A stretch of DNA of 64,000 nucleotides. It comes from Squalus acanthias (Eukaryota). Made by a program: the position numbers and the translations under genes. The first letter of the stretch is position 1; each line of letters starts with the position of its first letter. The notes beneath the pieces were generated by a model. The model saw nothing but the letters and a program-made list of their open reading frames with translations. It did no database searches and was not told the DNA's origin. Location: the NCBI GenBank assembly GCA_030390025.1, contig CM059432.1, positions 25,546,001 through 25,610,000 of the forward strand. The letters are read 5' to 3'. Of this stretch, positions 36,813 to 49,748 are shown one piece after another.

Positions 36813-38033
36813 TGTAGAGATTTCTGTATCTTTGGTAAACAGGATCGAGTGCAAACCAATATGGTGGGTATATTGTGTTTAATCGGAGTTTAGGACAGAA
36901 TATAACACACTAGTAATACAGCAAAATCATACGACCATGACAAGTAGCTGGTACTTGACCCAAACAGACAGACGGCTAGCGTACACAAACAACCCTTCTT
37001 ATTTGTCCTCCTTCTTGTCTCACGTTCTCTCTCTCTCTCTCTCTCTCTGAACTATCCAAGAGTGTTAGACTAAGGTCCACATGTGTCCACTCTCTGAAGA
37101 GTGTTAGACCACCAACTCACTCTTGGGAGCCCTCTGCTCTTCTATCTGATTCTAAGGGCTTTTCAGGTCTTGCTTTTATTCTCTTTTTAGGGGTGGGCCT
37201 GAGGTAGAATAATGGGCAAGACCATTTAACCTGTAGAGGTTCCCCTTAAAACAAGGTGCCCAATGGTATGTCAAGTTCTTTGTTTAAATTTACAAGCGAA
37301 GACCCTCCCTCAAGGGACAGTCTTCACAACCATTACACATGCTTTCTTGTTTATACGCTTTGAAGGCCAATCCTCTGGATCCCTCTTATCTCATCCGGCC
37401 TTTTCCTTCCAAAGCAATAGTCTCTTATCTCATCCTGTCTTGTGCCCCCTGGTGCAACCAGTGAGTGTTCCAGGCACAGCCTTGGGCCATTAAATCAGAG
37501 GCCCAAGCCAGAGCTGTCTTACTCAACCAGCCGCCATCCAAACTATCTCCCCTTAATCTAACAGACTATTCCATCCTGAGGTGGTACCTTATCTCCCATA
37601 AATTCCTTCTATTCTATGTCCTTTATACTAATTAACTTTTAATTATCTTCGCAAGCAGTTCTGTTAAACAAACTCCAAATTTTATCTTAGCATTATAATA
37701 TGGTTATTAGTAATAATGGAAGAAACATAGATTGGGCCTTCATTGGCCAAATTAAAGACACAACAACAGAGTCAAAATCCTAAACTTACAAACAACAGAC
37801 AGCTATTCTGTTGTTAGCTGACAAGGCCATACTTTGGGCCCCCGTGTGGGATGTTATACATCATCTAATCTAAATAATTAAAAACGCTGTCTCAAATTCT
37901 ATTTCAAGTTTCTCCAGTAAAACATAACTTATACATTAACCCCTTACTTGTCTCGAGCAGAAACACACAATCATTTAAACACAGTATTATTTGCGTAGCC
38001 ATATACAATTTTAGGCATCCCTAGTTTCTAACA
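36813..38033. mobile_element. Possible solo LTR (~1.2 kb)
   Basis: Starts TGTAGA, ends TCTAACA; flanks ccct/ccat (4 bp, 1 mismatch); no coding potential; internal (CT)n at ~37026-37048. Confidence 0.5.
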
Positions 38034-38719
38034 CCATGAAGCCCAGTGCTTCTGCTTCCTGAGCTGCCATTTAGGCACAGTCTGTGTTATGGATGAAGCT
38101 GGTATTGTCAGAGATGGTCTCTTTCTTTGGCTTTTTATTTGTTACTTGGGGAATGCTGAACACTGCTCGTTCTCTTACAGTTGGTGACGGGGGCCATGTT
38201 CAGTGTTGTGCTTTTGTGATATGCCTTACTGGAGGTAAACAAAGAATAACAACCACAAGCCCCTTTCGAGCTACTGAAGAAACATGCCTGACCCTTTCCT
38301 GAGCCACCGACGACTGTTTCATTACCACAGTGTAAAGATCCTCCCAACCTTGATTATTAAACTATTCCATCCTACCTTGAATTAAAAGAGAAACACAATT
38401 GCAAATTGTAGTGCTATGGGAAAAGAGCAGGGGAGTAGAAATAATTGGATAGCTCTTTCAAAGAGACAGCACAGGTGCAATGGTCTGAATGGTCTCCTTC
38501 TGTGCTGTATGATTCTAACTCAGATCAGCACCCTCCTCCTATTCTCACCGTCATTCTTCAAGCCCACGCTTATTTCTCCTATTCTGCACATTCAAAAAAC
38601 ACCAATATCAATACTTTGCCAAAAATGCTTTATTGAAACAAGTGTGTGACTATTATGTGTCCCCACTTGTTACCATGGTACTTCTGTGGAGTCTTACCTG
38701 ATGCAAAGGAAGATGGTCA

Positions 38720-40030
38720 ATCTTCACAATCCCAGGATGTTGCCTTTGGAGGGCCTGAAGACAGCATCCTTGGCACAACCAGCTGCTTCATTCATGTCAT
38801 GAGGTCGAAAATGGGCCTGTTAATGATTTCTCAATGTTCATCTTTATTCACAACTCCTCCAATAATAAAACAGCCCATGCCAGACTACAGCAGGGCCTGG
38901 GCAAAAAAGTGTAAAGTAACATTTGCACCAGGTAATGACCATCTCCAACAAAAAGAAAGCTCAAGCATCTTCCCCTGATCTTCCACAGCAATACCACCAC
39001 TGGGTCCCCCACTATCAACATATTGGTGTTAGTATTGACCAGAAGTTTAACTGGACCAGTCATATTAATAATGTGGTTACAAGAGCAAAGCAGAGGTTAG
39101 GTATTCTGCAACGAGTGGATCTTCAGTGCCTCTCTATCATCTATCATCAAAGTTAGGAGTGTGATGGGATATTCACCACTCACCTGGATGGGTGCAACCA
39201 CAATCATACTCAAGAGCAGAGGATTTCTTCCTGGTGTCTTGGCCAATATTTATTCCTTAACCAACATCACTAAGGCAGATTATCTGGTCATTATCACATT
39301 GCTGTTTGTGGGACCTTCCTGTGCACAAATTGGCTGATGCATTTCCTACATTACACCAGTGACTCCACTTCATTGGTTGTAAAGTGTTTTGGGACGTGCT
39401 GAGGTTGTAAAAGGCAGTATAAGAAAAGCAAGTCTTTCTATCTTTTTCAACATCAAGGACAGAGCAATCCACTTGATTGGCACTCCTGTCACTGAACTGG
39501 CGCACTGTGTCTGCAGTATGTATTATCTATAGGATGCATTGCAGCAACTTGCCAAGGTTACTTCAACAGAACCTCCCTCCCCTGCTACCACCGCCAAGAA
39601 GGACAAGAACAGTGAGATCCTGGGAACTTCAACCAACGTAACAAACACAGATTATCTGGTCATGTTTGTGGGACCTTGCTGTGCACAAATTTTGGCTGCC
39701 ACGTTTCCCACATTACAACAGTGACTCCACTTCATAAAGTACTTCATTGGCTGTAAAGCGCGTTGAGATGTCCGGTGGTCATGAAAGGCGCTATATAAAT
39801 GCAAGTCTTTCTTTCTTTTTCCAAGTCACAGCTGTCCTAACCTGAACTTATACCAGCATTCCTTCATCATCAGTGTGTCAATGTCCTGGAGTTCTCTGTC
39901 TAACACCATTGGGTGGAGCACCGGCAACACAAGAATTGCAGTGGTTCAAGGAGAAGGCCCAGCGCCATCTTCATAGGATGGGCCTTAAATGGAGTCTTTC
40001 CAGTGCTGCCCACATTCCAAGAACAAATAA
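38720..40030 (+). mobile_element. Decayed LINE of the second family, interrupted by two DeuSINE 3' fragments (~39219-39440, ~39640-39820)
   Basis: IGVSIDQKFNWTSHINNVVTRAKQRLGILQR (RT C-terminus). The SINE pieces are the reverse complement of 44711-44930. Confidence 0.8.
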
Positions 40031-40592
40031 AAATAAAATTGTTTGCTTTATACAGGAATGAGCTTCAGACTGGTTTATTTGGCAGACGTCCCATGCGGTA
40101 GCCCGGTAAGATTCTATTGCATAGAAACTTAATGCCATAGTGACAATGCTGGTTCTTGGACGATCCATCCCAGTCCATACTGCAGACACAGTCCGCCAGT
40201 GATGGAGATGTGAGTCAATCAGGCTGTAGTAGGTGGTGTAGCTCAGTCATTGTGCAGAGGCAGAGGCTCTCAGGTAGGAGTGGTGTGGTCTTTAAACACA
40301 AACCTTTGACATTGCTGACAGCAAAGCAACCCATGAGGTTTTGTCGGAACTGGAGGTGTGCCTTCACGAATTGGTCCTCCTCATCCAATTCATACAACAC
40401 TACGGGAAGAGCAAATAGATTCATGTGCTTCTAGATTTGTTAGGTACAACTTGGACTGCAGCAGGACTTGCCCAGATTGCAGAAATGATTGAAACAAAAA
40501 GTCAACATTGTAAAGGAAAAAGGAAGCAGGATGTTCTATTCACAAACAAAGAAATGCTCACTGCCAAAAATTTAAACTTCAAAACACTCCAT

Positions 40593-40910
40593 TGGGCTGA
40601 TTTTTCCACTTCATCGCTTAGGCAGTAAACTAGCGGAGCGAATCGTCCATGCATTATCGAACCCCCATTGATTCCAAAGCAGGGTAGGCACATTTCTTTA
40701 TCATGCACCTATGAAGTTCATCTGGGAACCTCATTTGCCTAAATATACTCTTTAAATGAGGCTCATGCATGCATGGAGCATGGCCTCTTTGTTTCCAGCC
40801 AGCGGAAAATTAGGTGCACCGTGAATCAGGCACATGATGTCGGGGGCCTGAATTTCTGATCTGCAGCCACCGCTAGCGAGGTTCCAGATCATCGGTTGAA
40901 AAATCGGGAC
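40593..40910. mobile_element. Degenerate MITE
   Basis: Ends gggctgatttttc / gaaaaatcggg. Confidence 0.45.
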
Positions 40911-42669
40911 TTATTTCTTGTGACCGTTCATTCGTGGCAGTTATTCTAAACCTTTCCTTCTCTCAGAAAAGGAACTGATAACATTAGCAATTCAGCCCAG
41001 CCATGTGGCATTCTTGAGGTGAGGGACTTGGCTTGTTTTTTTTTACGTCTAAATTGCTTTCTCTCCATTTTAACAAGCTGACCATCTACAGTAGCTGTGC
41101 AACATGGTTAATTTCTATTATTTCTTTGCCTGCTGCCTAACCTTACTTTCTGACAGCAGATGTGGCACCAGATTCATTTGAAAAGGTCAGGAGACACCTC
41201 CCCATCCCATTAGACCCATTAGTTGGTCTGACTACCAACTTCTTTCTCAACAGTCTGCTAAATTTCTTGCCATACCCTGAGTGGATAGTATGCATTAATG
41301 CATTTCAATGGAGTTATTCCCATAACACTTTTCCATTCGCCACAAGGAAAATCTATTCCCATGCAATTAGGTCTTGCTGGCATTGCCTGGATAAAAGGTA
41401 AATTTGGTCCACTGTTCCTCAATAAGCTAACCCAAAGTATAAAAGATGCATTGCTCTTAGCTCGTAGGCAAAAGGATCAGGGGAAGCTTCAATGCCTTTG
41501 CTGCTCTTTATTTTAAAGGCTTGTTTATTTTACTGAGACGCAGCAGGAGGCAGAGATAACTGTGCTAATGCTGTTATGACACCACAGAGTAACATATAAA
41601 AGGGCAAGCAAAATAAAACAGATGATAAATTATTTAAAGAAATTACAATTCTGCTCATCAAACTTTGGCTGAAAATTACCCAATTAGTAACAGAGCTGAG
41701 CGTTGTGACCTCAGGATAAGATTAAAGGAGCACGGAATTCAGATCCCATAATCCCAAACGTGAAAGTCAAATATAGACCAACACCCCATAAGATTGGAAT
41801 TGATGCCGTGCTGTATTATCATATGAACATTTGCTGCGTTTGTATCAAATCTCTTTATCTGACATTTTAATGGAGTTGTTAACCTGTTTCAAGTAAATGG
41901 TTAACCATCTCTGCTGAAGTTTTTCGATAAAGGAATTTAATATGAGCACAGTAAGCATTATTATGATAAAAGTACTCTGTCATTTCCAAGCTATAGACTT
42001 TGAAGGTTTTGATAATATAATCAGCTCACACTGCACCAACCAGGACCCTAATACATACAGGAGACACAGACCAGGGAATTAGATGCACACCATCATACCT
42101 GACTTTCTAGTTGATTAAAGGAAGGTGGGATTAAACAGTTTAAAGTTACTCTGGAAGAAATGTCAAGACTGATGTGCCTGCTCCTCCCCCACACAGATGC
42201 AGTGGGGGGGAATTTTAACCCCCAAAAATGGGTAGATTTGGGTCGGGTGGGAGGATAAAGTGGTAGAAATCTGAATCCTGACCCCAACCCGCCTCCAACC
42301 TGCCCATTTCTGGTTTTAACAGAGGTGGGACGGGCGCCTGGTGAGCAGCCAACTCGCTCCCAGGAGGCGGGTTGGCACTTCAAAATATTATAATGAGGCT
42401 ACGTTTGAATTCATTTTGAATCTCCATTTTAAATTTAACTCTGGGCGGCCAGGTTTCCCAGGGAACCCAGCAGCTAAAGGGAGGATGGACTGCTGGATTC
42501 AGGAGGTAAGTGCCTTTCCACTTACCTGCTCAATCCAGTGATCGATAGATTTTTGTTGGGTAATATCATCAAGAGATATGAAGCAGAGGTACAGATCAGC
42601 CACGATCTAATTGAATGGCGGAACAGGCTCAATGGACTGAATGAACTACTCATGTTCCTATGTTCCTAA

Positions 42670-43242
42670 TGGCCCGGATTTTGCGGTGGGTATGGCAGCA
42701 TACTCTCAGAGTACAGCGCCATACCTCCTTCGAAATCCACCGCAAGTTTGGGATTTCCGCAAGCGCTTACGCATGTGCTAAATCCTGATCTTGCGGTCTG
42801 TCAACGTACTCCAGACGTACGCCGCCGACCACAATTTTTGGCCCAATATGCATCTCTGGTGCATGCCTGCCCACAGACAGGGCCTTGCATTGAACAAAGT
42901 GAGCCACCTGGCGGGGCCTTGCTGCCTGGCCACCACAGACTCTCGAACCCGAGGGGTTACTGGCACAAGGCCCACCACCATCTTTTTTTGGGCACCCCTG
43001 GAACTGGGTGTCTCTCCGGCCAAACCACAGGAAAATGAGATGGGGATGGTCGGGAATGCCCCTGCCACCTGATTTAAATGTGTTCATGCAGCCTGCAACT
43101 ATTGCACCTCCCCCCCCTCAGAGGAAGCACAAGAGATCCCGGGGCCACATAAAAGAGGTAGAGAGATGGCGAAACAGGTCTCTGCCCTTTTTTTCCAATG
43201 AATTGCCATCTCTCGGGGCCAAAGACCATGAAAATCTGCCCC
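42670..43242. mobile_element. Harbinger-type MITE following a CR1 3' remnant (~42530-42667)
   Basis: Ends ggcccggatttt / aaaatctgcccc. Confidence 0.55.
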
Positions 43243-43859
43243 ATCTAGGTGCCAACTCTGGTTTGATGTATTCCTGGAGATTTCATCATGTGATATTTGA
43301 ACACACGGCATTTGATCACCTGACAGCACTCATGTGATGCTCAATCACATGACATTCGATCACGTGACATTTGCCCACTGTTTGTAAATGTTATTGCATT
43401 TACCTCAGTTGAGTGTCAAAGTTTCACTAAGCCACGAATAAAATATTTGACTTTTTGTTTTGTAGCAAGATGAATAACATAATTTATAAATTACAGAAAG
43501 AACACAAAAGAATAGAAAGATTTAAGGATAAGTAATGTTTAAATAAAAACAACTTCTCTGAAGTTTCTACAGTATCGACCACAATGATAAACACCGAGTA
43601 AATTCCACTTATTCAACAAAAACATCATCGATATAAATAACTTCTAACTAAAGTTTTCCTACCATTTTATGACTTTTACAATACACGGCAAGTTATAAAA
43701 ATAATAATTAAAACCGAAACCAAACCTTATTCAATTCACTGATTCCCACATCCCACCACTGAAGCCCAGCATCAGGGAAGTGAGACTCAGTCCTCAGGGA
43801 GAAGTACCAAAGCTTCCTGACTCCCATGGTAAAACGCATTATACAACAGCGCACATCAC

Positions 43860-44152
43860 AGGCAACCTCTACCACCTAGAAGGACAAGGGCAGCAAACAT
43901 ATGGAAACACCAACACCACCAAGTTCCCCGCCAAGTCACACATCATCCTGACTTGGAAATATATCGGCGTTCCCTCATTGTCGTTGGGTCAAAATCCTGG
44001 AACTCCCTCCCTAACAGCACTGTGGGAGTACCTTCACCACACGGACTGCAGCAGTTGAAGGCGGCGGCTCACCACCACCTTCTCAAGGGCAATTAGGGAT
44101 GGGCAATAAATGTTGACCTTACCAGCTACGCCCACATCCCGTGAATGAATAA
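43860..44152 (+). mobile_element. 3' end of the second LINE family
   Basis: Colinear with 35960-36250. Confidence 0.8.
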
Positions 44153-45636
44153 ACATGAACTCTGCCTCCTCCTGTTTGTGTTTCTCCCTCTCCCAGTTTG
44201 TGTTGCTCTCTCTCCCTTCCCCAGTTTGTGTTGCTCTCTCCCTACCTCCATTCCCCCAGTTTGTGTGGGGATAAGGATGCAGGCTGCAGGGAGGAGGGCC
44301 AGAATGCTAGCTATGGCACACTGGAGCAGGAGGCAGTCCAAGTGGGGAAGGAGCAGAATAGGAAGGCTCTAGGGATAGGGGATTCAATAATTAGGGTGAT
44401 AGATAGCGTCCTCTGCAGTCACACCGAGAGTCCAGGAGGATGTGTTGCCTACCTGGTGCAAGGGTAAAGGTTATCTCAGAGCAACTGGAGAGGAACTTGG
44501 AAAGAGATGGGGAAGATCCAGTTGTCATGGTCCATGTTGAGATCAATGACATAGGAAAGAAAAGGGAGGAGGTCCTGCTAAGGAATATGAGAATTTAAAA
44601 CTAAATTAAAAAACAGGACCTCATGGGTGGTAATTTCGGGATTACTACCCAAGCCACGTGTTAATTGGCATAGGGATAGACAGATCAGAAAGGTGAATGC
44701 GTGGCTGAAAGAAAGAAAGACTTGCATTTATATAGCATCTTTCACGACTACCAGATGTCCCAAAGCGCTTTACAGCCAATGAAGTACAGTCACTGTTGTA
44801 ATGTGGGAAATGCGGCAGCCAATTTACACACAGCAAGGTACCACAAACAGCAATGTGATAATGACCAGTTAATCTGTTTTTGTTATGTTGGTTGAGGGAT
44901 AAATATTGGCCAGGACACCAGGGATAACTCCCCTGCTCTTTTTCGAATAGTCCCATGGGATCTTTTACATCCACCTGAGAGAGCAGACAAGGCCTCAATT
45001 TAGCGTCTCATCCAAAAGACAGCAGCTCCGACAGTGCAGGCACTCCCATCAGCATTGCACTGGAGTGTCAACCTAGCTTTATGTGCTCAAGTCGTTGGAG
45101 TGGGACTTGAACCCACAACCTTCTGACTCAGAGGCGAGTGTGCTACCCACTTTTTTTTAATATACTTTATTGAACATTAAGAACATTTACAACATCATGA
45201 TCATTTCATTGTATCATACAAATCAATTCCGCCGCTCTGCACAGCCATTCCTCCATCACATTTTAACATCAAAACCTGAAGTTTAATTTGTCTCCCGTAA
45301 CATATATTAATCAATTGTACTTTAAAAATTGATTGTAAAATACTATCTTTAAATTCCTTTCTGAATAAAACATCCACAGAGCCTTATAATGATCTTTTAG
45401 CTTATATTTAAAATACTCTTTTAGATTGATTCTCCTCCCCTTAAAAAACAGAGCATTCCTTCTTTGCACAATCACGAATCTAGCCAAACTGAACATTAAA
45501 TTAATTGCTGCTCCGCTAGACACGGGCAGACTCTCCTGCAATCTCCATCTCAAAATTGAGTCCCACGGGATTCCCATTCTCGCTCTTCGGTCCCCACCCA
45601 GCAAAAAAACTTCACACAACTGTCGAACATAGTACT

Positions 45637-47027
45637 TGTAGGGGGTGGAGTGGTAGGGTCAGCCTCACCTCTGACTCAGTGAGTGGTTCGAATCGCTCCC
45701 ACGCCCCTGGTTCTAGACCTTGGACTTATTTAGGGATTGTGAACAAAGATGCAGTAGACAACAGGTTCCGATGAAAGAATTTTGACTTTATTAAAAGAAA
45801 AAGGTAACAAACTTAAAACACACTTAAATGCTTAAACACAGGTTGGGAACACACGGTACAGGCGAGAGAGAATTACAATATACAAAAACTCTTATCCCAC
45901 CCAATCCCACTTCACTAGCTAGGTTGGACTCTGGAGAACCAAGGATAATGCTCACCAAACGACTCCTTGGCAGTTGAGAGTTAGGGTTTAGAGTCTTTTG
46001 AGTAAAAGGTTTCATAAGGCCCTTGTTGCCGCGAGGTGTCCGATGGTCACTGAGGCGGTCACTCTGGTCTCTTGAACTGCTGGCCTTCTTTGTTGTACTT
46101 CTTTCTGTTGAACTCTGCCTCTGTTTAAACTGTCTTCTTCCAAGCTGTGGAACTGCCTTCTTGCAGAACTGTGGAACTCCTTGCTGCTTCTCTCCTCCTC
46201 CTGCTCGTGTCGTGTGGCTCCTGTAGCAGTGAGTAACTTGCTGAGTCTTGCTGGGGGGATAGGCCCTCAATTATATTGTTCAGGCCCATTGTATTTTTTG
46301 CGCCAAAACCGCTTTACTAAATCGGTTTCGTGTTGAAGTGATTTAGGTTTCAGTTGAGGCCTGTTCATTCCATTGTCTTAGGTTTTGGCGGGCTCGTTAA
46401 GTTTTGATGATTTTAACTTGGTGTTAAATTGTCCTGATGGCTTCCGATGTCATCCATTTAGGCAGGGCCTTTATCTACGCGCCAAATCTCATCCCTTTTG
46501 TCTTAGGTTTTTGGCGGGCTTGTTAATCTGTCCCTGTAGATACTTGGCTGATTGGTTTTTGATGGGGTAATGGGTGTACTGGATGTTTTATTGTTTTCAG
46601 GCTTCTAGCATCCTGTTTGGGCCTGGGGATTTCAAAAGGGGTCTTGGATTATTCATTTTTGGATGTGTATGTGAGGTTTTGGGTGAGGCTCTTCCTCCCT
46701 GGTTGGATTGCAGTGCAAACATTTCCCAGACAGCTTGACTGGGCCCCAATACTCAAAAGATGACCACTGCCTCACCACACCCTTTCCTGCAGCCTGTGGA
46801 GTTTCTGTGACTGCAGGTTTTCCCAATGGCCTTTTTAAAGGTATAGTATTTTTCCAAAGTCATTTTCCTCAGAGTTTTTCTTCCCTGATCCTTAAAAATG
46901 TCCAAAACTGAGGTTTTGACCTCAAATCACTTCATTTAGGTCCCATCATCCCAAATTTGTATAAAAATCCAAAAATCACCCCTTTAGGGTTCTGTTCGAG
47001 TTTCTGGGGGATTTTGTGAAGCCTACA
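45637..47027 (-). mobile_element. Solo LTR (1391 bp), Gypsy- or ERV1-like judging by the 4-bp TSD
   Basis: Termini TGTAGG...CCTACA; TSD TACT at 45633-45636 and 47028-47031; minus-strand AATAAA near 45790 and TATAA near 46272. Confidence 0.85.
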
Positions 47028-48646
47028 TACTTAAAATCATTTAACTGCAGACACAACACCAGTAAATGGGAGAGTCTCATCCCGTGTCCCACACACTGGG
47101 CAAGTTGCCCCCTCCACTCGTTCAATCTTACATAAGACCATCATGGTAAAAATCCGGTTATGAGCCAATTTGAAATCCAGTTCAATCCACTCTGGACATT
47201 TAAAATTCGCCCATACTTCCTTCCAAATCCTGTTGAAGTCCAGCTGTGGGTATATACTCTGCCAAAACTCCTGACCAGCAGGTGTCTTGAATCTCCATTC
47301 TCTAAACACCTCATAGAAATCTCGAGTATTACAGTTGTCAAATTGGACCAACTCTCCCCCTTTCTCCAGCAGAAAGCTTGGAAAAGCGGGACGCATTTTA
47401 CTTCCTTTGGAGATTTCCGCATTTATTTCTTCCATCCAATCCTGTGGCATTGCCCTCACAATCTTCTCATACATGATCCCTATTGCTTTTTCCTCTACCT
47501 CCTGATCCTCCTCCCACACCATGTCCCTCACCATCGCTTCCGGCAACCAACCTGGAATTACCTTATATAACACATCTTTCACACATATAATACCAGCTTT
47601 TATAAAAGCTTGATTAAATAATACCTCTCCTTCAATGTTGACTCACCTGTTCAAAAATAAGGGCTGTTCTAAAAATTCCTCAGCCCCCTTGGGCATAAAC
47701 TGCACACTTTTTAAAAATTGGGCCCAAGTCTCTACAACCCCCTTATAAAACCTAGGGAGAAGTTTAATTGATTTCAAAAGCATATTATTGTATTCCATAT
47801 ACAATATCCCCTGCCCTCCTATCCCACTTCATTTTTAAAAATGCTCAAAACAACTCTTCCAAAAACTTGTATTTGACTTCTGAAGAAATCTCTTCACCCA
47901 TTTGATTCTAAAGGATTTTTTCTTCAAATCAATATCTGGGAAATTGAGTCCTCCCTGATTTCTCCATCCAATGATGGTATTGTAAGCCACCAAGGCTGGT
48001 TTCCCTTCCCATAAAAATCTGACACAAGCCTCTCGGATGGACTTTTCTGCCCACTCAGGAATATCCTCCACCGTCAATAAGTACCATAGCTTAGATAGCA
48101 GGAGAGCGGACACCACTGTCGCTCTTCAATGCACTTACAACCACCTCCTTTCCCATCTTCCCAAAATCTTTTTAATTTTCATAACCTTTGGTTCCCAATT
48201 TAATCGATCCACTTCCTCCCTGTCTTTCTTGCACCCCATATGCACCCCCAGAACTTCCAAAACCTCCACCACCTTAAAGGGACTTTCCTCCAACCATTCC
48301 CCCCATATCCCTTCCTGCAACCAGGCATTGGGACGTACTATAATTCACTCTGGCTCCTGAAGCTCTACAATACTCCTCCACTACATCCATAGCTTTCTTC
48401 ACTGACTCCCCATTTCTCAACGTTAAGGTTGAGTCATCTGCATATTGGTGTATCACTGACACCAGCCCAGAACTGGGAACCGCAATCCCAACTACACCTT
48501 GTTTCTTTCGCATCATGTAACCTAATGGTTCTGCTACCAATGTGTACAACAATGGGCATGATGCGGAGATGCCGGTGTTGGACTGGGGTGGACAAAATTG
48601 AGAGGTCGCACAACACCAGGTTATAGTCCAACAGTTTTATTTGAAA

Positions 48647-48689
48647 TCACAAGCTTTCGGAGCTATCGATTTGCTCCTTCCTCAGGTGA
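48647..48689 (-). ncRNA. Minimal type I hammerhead motif
   Basis: Mirror image of 49706..49748. Confidence 0.8.
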
Positions 48690-49705
48690 AGTAAATTAGA
48701 TACAGAATCTCCAAAGCATATATAGCTGGAAAACAAAGCATGTGTACTTTACAATTGCAGACCAATAAATTAAATCATCCTGACTATCTGCCGAGGTGTG
48801 ATAAAGTTAATTAAGTCAGCCAGGAAGGTACCACATCAAAGACATAGCAAGATACAACTGAGACAATGAGGTGTAGTCGCAGGGGTTCTAACGTGTCAAA
48901 AGCTGCCGTCTGTATGTAAAACGAAAAGCTTTAACATTTTTTTACTTTTTTACTGGGAAAATTTTTACTTTTTTACTGGGAATCACATCTGTGAACAAGC
49001 TAACGACGACTCGAGTCCGGATCACGTCATGTATCGTGACATAAACCCAAGATCCCGATTGAGACCGTCTTTATGAGTGCGGAACTTGGCTATCAGTTTC
49101 TGCTCGATGATTTTGCGTTGTCGTGTGTTTCTAAGGTTGCCTTGGAGAACGCTTACCCGCAGATCCGAGGCTGAATGTCCTTGACTGCTGAAGTCAAGGA
49201 CATTCAGCAGTCAAGGACATTCAGCCTCGGATCTGCGGGTAAGCGTTCTCCAAGGCAACCTTAGAAACACACGACAACGCAAAATCATCGAGCAGAAACT
49301 GATAGCCAAGTTCCGCACTCATGAAGACGGTCTCAATCGGGATCTTGGGTTTATGTCACGATACATGACGTGATCCGGACTCGAGTCGTCGTTAGCTTGT
49401 TCACAGATGTGATTCCCAGTAAAAAAGTAAAAATTTTCCCAGTAAAAAAGTAAAAAAATGTTAAAGCTTTTCGTTTTACATACAGACGGCAGCTTTTGAC
49501 ACGTTAGAACCCCTGCGACTACACCTCATTGTCTCAGTTGTATCTTGCTATGTCTTTGATGTGGTACCTTCCTGGCTGACTTAATTAACTTTATCACACC
49601 TCGGCAGATAGTCAGGATGATTTAATTTATTGGTCTGCAATTGTAAAGTACACATGCTTTGTTTTCCAGCTATATATGCTTTGGAGATTCTGTATCTAAT
49701 TTACT

Positions 49706-49748
49706 TCACCTGAGGAAGGAGCAAATCGATAGCTCCGAAAGCTTGTGA
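49706..49748 (+). ncRNA. Minimal type I hammerhead motif
   Basis: TCAC-CTGAGGA-A-GGAGC-AAATCGATA-GCTCC-GAAA-GC-TT-GTGA: stem I TCAC/GTGA, stem II GGAGC/GCTCC, palindromic AAGCTT in place of stem III. Confidence 0.8.

Noticed and set aside
40060..40460. GC-balanced exon-like segment (ORF 40215..40424)
   Set aside because: No convincing host protein match; TELHHLLQPD looks at most like a decayed Harbinger transposase remnant, too weak to call.
45090..45151. tRNA gene
   Set aside because: The A and B boxes belong to a SINE head joined directly to the Deu core and repeated elsewhere in the window.
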